A DNA stretch of 32,000 bases from Trichodesmium erythraeum IMS101 (GTDB lineage Bacteria; Cyanobacteriota; Cyanobacteriia; Cyanobacteriales; Microcoleaceae), in NCBI RefSeq assembly GCF_000014265.1, contig NC_008312.1:2370001-2402000 (forward strand), in the 5' to 3' direction. The translations under genes and the position numbers were made by a program. The notes under the pieces are model-generated. The model saw only the letters and a list, made by a program, of their open reading frames with translations. It was not told the origin of the DNA and searched no databases. How positions within the stretch are numbered: the first letter of the stretch is position 1; every line of letters starts with the position of its first letter. This document shows, in pieces, positions 27,168 through 32,000 of the stretch.

Positions 27168-27803
27168 CCCTTTTCTATTTTCCCTTTTTGCTCTTTATCC
27201 TGTTTTTCTTCTTCCTTTAATTTCTCGCTTTAGCGGATCGAAATTTTTGAACGCAATGTAGTGTTTATATAAAAAAGTACCACAATATTGATAAGTCTGG
27301 GCTACAACTTCTTGAGTAGGAGAGTAAGAGAGTGAGGGAGTGGATGTGTAGGGAGGTTCTATGGATACTCCCTACTGTAGTCTACTGAAATGAAAACTGC
27401 TGTAGGGGAGGACTCTTTCTCAGGTCAAGGTTAGCCGCCGACTCCCTCCAAAGTTGAGCTACAGAAAACAAACGCCATTTGCCACAACTATAGAAGTTAT
27501 GGGTAAGTCTTGTAATATTTGCCTACTGCTTTATCAAGCTAATACAAAGCTTCATATAGCTTGACAAATTAATGTTTACTTCCAGCTTCTACTGAAGCTG
27601 TCGGCAGTTACTCATCCACAGGTATTTATAGGTCTTGCCCGACCGCATTTCTTAAATTAATACTTATATTTAGATCGCGGTCTATAGATATCCCAAAATT
27701 TCTCTAGGTTTGACAAATTTCACCACATTATTATTTGATACAACTAACTCATGATATCGCTTTATCAGGTAAATTCTCAACTAAGTCAATTTTCCTGACT
27801 CCC

Positions 27804-28958
27804 TCAAACACTAGACTGAAGTTGAAACTCCAAAGGTTGATCAGAACTAATATTCAAACCAGAACAATATTGCATCCTTGGTGTTTCTGCTGCATAACCA
27901 ACAGACTCATCTAACCACAACAACCATCTACTCCCAGGAGGAAGAGAACTCAGACTCAGAGAATTTTGAGTCAACCAAACCAAAGGCTTTTCCGGTGGGT
28001 TTCCCACCACCACCTCTTCCCCAAACCTAACCCCAGCCAAAGTTTGCAACATAGCCAAATTACCATAAACCAACCCAGTAGCAGCTGTCCAAAGTCGAAC
28101 ATTTAACAAAGAGCGGTTAGCATAAAAATATAAAGAAGCAGCAGCAGTCACCGCAGCCTCAAAATTATCAGGTTGCCACTCAGCAGCACTATCAAGACAA
28201 ATTAGAACTTCTTCACCAGCCTTAGATACCTCTAGCTCTCGAACCCGCAACTCCCCATAACGTGCACTACTCCGCCAGTGGATCAAACGACTAGAGTCTC
28301 CAAACCGATACGGTCTTAATGTCCGAGTTAGTCCCTGGGAAGCCATTTCAAAACGACTATGTTCATGAAGTTGGCGACTATATTCTTCACCAAGCTCATC
28401 CAAGATCGGGCAACGACTCAAAGGTAAAACCGTGGGATAGACAATAGCAGTAGCTTTAGCATTTCGACTACGCCGACACCAGAAGAGACCTAGAGGTGCT
28501 GCAGTTCTAAGCTGAAGATAATGCCATCTATATATACCCCTTTTTTTAGTAGGAAGGTAGTAAACCCAATGGTAACTTTCTTTAGGGGGAATAACCTCTA
28601 TTGCTTGTTGCACTGGTTTCCCTAATACAAAAGGAATTTCATCTTGGACTTGTAGCAAAGCCAGTGGTTTGTTAGTAGTATTTTCTATTGTTAAAGCGAT
28701 CGCTAAACTATCACCCACAGTTATAGGTTGAATTCGATCACGACGTACTTTTATTTCACGTAGCGATCGCCCAGGCAAAAGAGCACTTACTCCCAACAGT
28801 GCGAAAGTAATGGCACTAATTAAGTATAACCATCCTGCCATAGTATTAGCAGCAGCAGCAAAGAAGAAAATTGACAATACTCCGAGTAACCCACCCCCAT
28901 AGGCGGGTTTAACCCAATTAATTTCTAACCAGTCAGATATTTTGTCGTAAATTTTCAT
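27804..28958 (-). CDS. DUF58-domain protein (two N-terminal TM helices)
   Basis: 384-aa ORF. N-terminal hydrophobic helices: GGGLLGVLSIFFFAAAA and WLYLISAITFALLGVSALL. The signature RPYRFGDSSRLIHWRSSARYGELRVRELE matches the DUF58 core (R.Y..GD..r.I.Wk.sAr.g.l.v.e.e). Confidence 0.8.
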   Translation of the reverse strand: MKIYDKISDWLEINWVKPAYGGGLLGVLSIFFFAAAANTMAGWLYLISAITFALLGVSALLPGRSLREIKVRRDRIQPITVGDSLAIALTIENTTNKPLALLQVQDEIPFVLGKPVQQAIEVIPPKESYHWVYYLPTKKRGIYRWHYLQLRTAAPLGLFWCRRSRNAKATAIVYPTVLPLSRCPILDELGEEYSRQLHEHSRFEMASQGLTRTLRPYRFGDSSRLIHWRSSARYGELRVRELEVSKAGEEVLICLDSAAEWQPDNFEAAVTAAASLYFYANRSLLNVRLWTAATGLVYGNLAMLQTLAGVRFGEEVVVGNPPEKPLVWLTQNSLSLSSLPPGSRWLLWLDESVGYAAETPRMQYCSGLNISSDQPLEFQLQSSV

Positions 28959-29102
28959 TTAGTAAATTATTTTATTTATTAGCACTAACCGAGAAGCCTA
29001 ATAGTTAGACATTTCAAGAAAAGTCAAAAACAATAATCAAAGCAATAAACCCGGTTTCTAGTAATGGTAAATCATTCCTATTGATATTGTTTAAAAATAA
29101 TT

Positions 29103-30650
29103 TTACCAATCTAACCCTTCCTCATCATCTTCATCTTCCACTCTATCAAAAAGAGATAACTGTTTGATATCTTGGTAAATCACATAAACATTAGAATTCT
29201 TTTCTAACATTATTTTTCCTTCTGTTTTAGCTATTTTTAACCAATCTTCTAATTGGCTTTTATTTACATTTAAAATTTTAGCTAAATCTTGAATTTTTTG
29301 TGGTTTATTTAAATTATCTAGTAGAATTGGCAACACCATTTCATAAACATTTAATTCCTCTGTTGAAATTTGATAATTTTGATATTGTTTAGTTTCAGCA
29401 ACAATTCTATATATTGCTGTTTTTTCATCTTTAACTATTTTTTCTTCATCACAGGCTTGACTTAACCAATTACGTAACTGACCAACTCTCACATCTAATA
29501 TTTTACTTAAAGATTTTGCCTTTTGTGGCCGAATTAAATTTTTCAGTATAATAGGTAAAACTTTCTCATAAATACTTGGATTAGTTCCTTCATAAATAGA
29601 TAAATTAGACTTAGTTTCAACATTTAAATTAGCAGTTTTTGCAGATATATTAACTGGAGTTTCTAATTCTATCAACGAAATATTTTCAGACAACTTTAAA
29701 TCGCATTTTGAACCCACCAAAAAATCCTTTAAATTACCATCCCATGGATCAAAAGGAAAAGACCTTGCTCCTTTATCCAAAAGAGCTTTATTTCCCTCTT
29801 TTACCTTTCCTTGAACTTTCACAAATACAGGTATTTTCTTATATTTCTTCAACACCTCTGTAGCCCCAGCCCAAGTACCACCCTTATTGAAACTACTACT
29901 TACAACTAAAGCATAATCAGATAAAGCATAAATATATTTATTCCGACCCATAGCATTACCAACACTAAATCCCGCATCAGGGTCATAAGTAGAAATTAAA
30001 GTTAGTTTATCAGCCCTAATACTGTCACGATATTTTCTAGAAACAGACGCTTTATTTAAACTATTTGCCAAAACTCCAACAGCAGTACCACCAAACTCTA
30101 AAGTTCCTAACATTGCCTCTTGATCTATCCCTTTTGCACCCCCAGAAATTACATTAATACCTTCAGACGCACAAACTTTTCCAACTTTTTTTGTATATTC
30201 AACTTCTTCTTCATTAATATCACGAGAACCCACTATAGCTAATCCACCCTTTTCCAATAATTCTATATTTCCTACACCATAAATAATTACAGGAGCCAAA
30301 TATTGCAGATTCTGTTTCCATTTTATAGGATAATTTTGGTCACTTCTTGTAAGTACCCATAAACCTTGGTTCACCCACTTTTCCAGAGTAATAGCTAAAA
30401 TTCCACCTCTTTCCAATAGAGCCACTAACCGCTCATAGTTTAATTTTTTATCATTAATTTTTGGTAGTATATCTAATCCATTTTTACTTAGTAAATATCC
30501 TGGTCTAACTTGATTTTTAATTAAAAAATTAGCAACTATATTATACTCAATTAGAGTTAAAGGTTGTGGCTGTATATTTCTATTTTGACCAAAACTAGCA
30601 CATAATAATAAAGTCACTTGTGCATCTGAAGATAAAACATGATTAAGCAT
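29103..30650 (-). CDS. Atypical DprA/Smf-family (SLOG-type Rossmann) protein with two tandem C-terminal winged-helix-like modules and an acidic tail
   Basis: 515-aa ORF. DprA core: GGLAIVGSRDINEEEVEYTKKVGKVCASEGINVISGGAKGIDQEAMLGTLEFGGTAVGVLANSL ... GRNKYIYALSDYALVVSSSFNKGGTWAGATEVLKKYKKIPVFV ... GNKALLDKGA. This parallels the canonical vaiVGsR...SGlA.GID..aH..aL..gG.TiaVl..gld...RNriI.gLS...lVVea...SGsl.TA..Al...r.VfavPG....GcN.Li..GA. The internally duplicated C-terminus spans aa 360-417 and aa 436-492. Confidence 0.75.
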   Translation of the reverse strand: MLNHVLSSDAQVTLLLCASFGQNRNIQPQPLTLIEYNIVANFLIKNQVRPGYLLSKNGLDILPKINDKKLNYERLVALLERGGILAITLEKWVNQGLWVLTRSDQNYPIKWKQNLQYLAPVIIYGVGNIELLEKGGLAIVGSRDINEEEVEYTKKVGKVCASEGINVISGGAKGIDQEAMLGTLEFGGTAVGVLANSLNKASVSRKYRDSIRADKLTLISTYDPDAGFSVGNAMGRNKYIYALSDYALVVSSSFNKGGTWAGATEVLKKYKKIPVFVKVQGKVKEGNKALLDKGARSFPFDPWDGNLKDFLVGSKCDLKLSENISLIELETPVNISAKTANLNVETKSNLSIYEGTNPSIYEKVLPIILKNLIRPQKAKSLSKILDVRVGQLRNWLSQACDEEKIVKDEKTAIYRIVAETKQYQNYQISTEELNVYEMVLPILLDNLNKPQKIQDLAKILNVNKSQLEDWLKIAKTEGKIMLEKNSNVYVIYQDIKQLSLFDRVEDEDDEEGLDW

Positions 30651-30830
30651 TTTTATTGGATAATTTTTGAGCAGGTATCTCTATTTTATTATTTAGCAAA
30701 AAAACATAGTTGAAAGGAAATAAATTCACATAACAATATTCAAAAAAAAGAATCTACTTAGGATGTGCTTTCTAAATCTTTTTAAGAACTAGGAGACCCA
30801 AACCTAAACCCCTTATACCATTTCACCTAA

Positions 30831-30983
30831 GTCAAAAGTCAAAAGTTAAAAGTTAAAAGTTAAAAGTTAAAAGTTAAAAGTTAAAGTTTAAAAGTTAAAA
30901 GTTAAAGTTTAAAAGTTAAAAGTTAAAAGTTAAAAGTTAAAAGTTAAAGTTTAAAAGTTAAAGTTTAAAAGTTAAAGGTTAGG
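30831..30983. repeat. Heptanucleotide microsatellite, about 22 units of GTTAAAA (= AAAAGTT), with four GTTAAA+GTTTAAAA variant pairs; STRR-like
   Basis: Parsed unit by unit: gtcaaaa x2, gttaaaa x5, gttaaa gtttaaaa, gttaaaa, gttaaa gtttaaaa, gttaaaa x4, gttaaa gtttaaaa, gttaaa gtttaaaa, gttaaag, gttagg. It lies about 180 nt upstream of the dprA-like start (minus strand). Confidence 0.95.
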
Positions 30984-30995
30984 TTTTTCCGGCAT

Positions 30996-31050
30996 AAAAC
31001 TTTGACCCTACAGTAATTTTAGGAAATTATTTGATATCTAAAGTTTTAAA
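30996..31050 (+). repeat. Probable third, more diverged copy (C) of the dispersed repeat family
   Basis: aaaactttgaccctacagtaattttaggaaattatttgatatctaaagttttaaac shares the blocks aaaactttga, gtaattt, aaattattt and ctaaag/tttaaa with copies A and B. It lacks the 5' palindrome. Confidence 0.4.
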
Positions 31051-31791
31051 CTATTTATAATATTATTTATGACATTATTTTTGACCCTTAGTGTTATAAG
31101 AGTAATTTTTTAACAAAGGGGTAAGTAATCACTATTATTCAGTATAAAATATCAACAAAAGTATATTTGATTTTATACAATAACATAGCTAAAAATTTCT
31201 TCTAGCCTTCATCCATTCATCTTCTCAAATTTTTTTATCAACTTTAATATCAAAGATAAAAAATATACCCTTATAAGTCTCTAACCCCTTCTAAGAAAAA
31301 AAAGAAAGTAAGTAAGTAGAAAAGTTATATTAAACTGACTTAAGTTTGAACATATAATTTATAGAAGAATTAGTTGGATATATTTATGCCTAAAACTTTC
31401 TGCTATAGTTATCAAAAAAATACTAATACTAATTTAATAAACATCTATCATACTAATTTTTTTTGAAGTCAGACTACACATACCTTAACATTTTAGTTTT
31501 TAGACTTACAGCTAATTTTGGACAAATGATGTACAGGGTCAATAGTAAAAATCATGTAATGCAGGTATCTTACCCACGTAGGCGTACCTCATAAACCTCA
31601 AATATGCTGTAATAAATTACTCTTACAAATTTTGTTTAAGTTAATCAAATTTATATTGCACTTTCTTAACTAGAGAAGCACAGGAGTAGGTAGAGACCTT
31701 ACATAAAACCTCCCTAAAACATTTATACAATTAACACGCTTTTGAAATACTAATTATCAAAAAAAACTATTGGTACAATATTAATTACTAA

Positions 31792-32000
31792 ATAATTAAA
31801 ATTTTATCCAAGAATAACATTTTTTTTTAAATTGGCATCAAACTGGTTATTCTCCATACCGAAAACCAGACACTTTTTCCATCAAAAAAATACTCAAGCC
31901 TTTATAGCTTAATACCTTAATATTTTATGCATTCAACATAATTAAAATTTTATCCAAGAATAACATTTTTTTTTAAATTGGCATCAAACTGGTTATTCTC
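31792..32000. repeat. Direct repeat with 146-bp period; a 63-bp block is perfectly duplicated and the second copy is cut by the window end
   Basis: ataattaaaattttatccaagaataacatttttttttaaattggcatcaaactggttattctc occurs at 31792..31854 and again at 31938..32000. Each copy contains an 8-bp inverted repeat, AGAATAAC ... GTTATTCT. Confidence 0.85.

Noticed and set aside
25311-27261. ORFs 25311..25493 (-), 25641..26204 (-), 25651..26295 (+), 26340..26678 (-), 26830..27012 (+) and 27013..27261 (+)
   Set aside because: All overlap the 820-aa multidomain gene. The two long ones (187 and 214 aa) exist only because the 102-bp TPR repeat propagates stop-free stretches in other frames, and their translations are periodic nonsense. 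27013..27261 is an out-of-frame read-through of the adenine-poor, and therefore stop-poor, C-terminal segment.
27168-27803. DGR template repeat or reverse transcriptase next to the putative variable region
   Set aside because: I compared the VR-like segment by eye with the downstream spacer and the rest of the window. I found no A-rich near-copy and no RT-like ORF (no YxDD-containing frame). If a DGR acts here, it must be encoded elsewhere.
30831-30983. Possible CRISPR array
   Set aside because: The period is 7 nt with no spacers. It is a microsatellite, not a repeat-spacer array, and there are no cas genes in the window. The same applies to the 102-bp TPR repeats, which are coding.
1-32000. 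tRNA, rRNA, tmRNA or RNase P genes
   Set aside because: I scanned both strands of the intergenic regions for T-arm signatures (GTTCRAnYC and GGnTTYGAAC). The only hits are inside CDSs or lack complementary stems (for example 21770..21790). No rRNA-like GC-rich conserved blocks are present.

Overview
AT-rich chromosomal segment from a cyanobacterium. I count 14 perfect HIP1 octamers (GCGATCGC), which is diagnostic. The low coding density, kilobase-scale ORF-free spacers and many short tandem repeats suggest a Trichodesmium-type filamentous genome, but that assignment is inference only. I support 18 protein-coding genes, about 20.2 kb or roughly 63% of the window, nearly all housekeeping. They are: lgt (open at the left edge and absent from the ORF track), a CobT-like/UPF0284 protein, a DUF2232-like membrane protein, a Crp/Fnr regulator, a TonB-like protein, an alpha/beta-hydrolase-fold protein, a CPC-type copper P1B-ATPase, tmk-holB, a DUF309 protein, ftrC, a DUF58 protein and an atypical DprA/Smf-like protein. 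I found no rRNA, tRNA, CRISPR array, transposase or integrase. The most interesting locus is the 820-aa lipoprotein-signal/trypsin-like/TM/6xTPR/FGE-sulfatase protein (24705..27167). Its extreme C-terminus is adenine-depleted and dominated by NNC/NNT codons, which looks like the variable region of a remote diversity-generating-retroelement (DGR) target. No template repeat or reverse transcriptase lies in this window. Other leads: (1) a translationally coupled pair of a 584-aa hyper-acidic low-complexity protein and a divergent Hsp70/actin-fold ATPase; (2) a DprA-like protein with duplicated C-terminal winged-helix-like modules and an SSB-like acidic tail; (3) a decayed response-regulator pseudogene; (4) an alpha/beta-hydrolase-fold protein that seems to lack its catalytic Ser and His; (5) STRR-like heptamer arrays placed at gene 5' ends, one running into the holB start codon; (6) a dispersed ~100-nt repeat in direct orientation on both sides of the copper-ATPase block; (7) several larger tandem repeats in the non-coding spacers that may be ncRNA loci.
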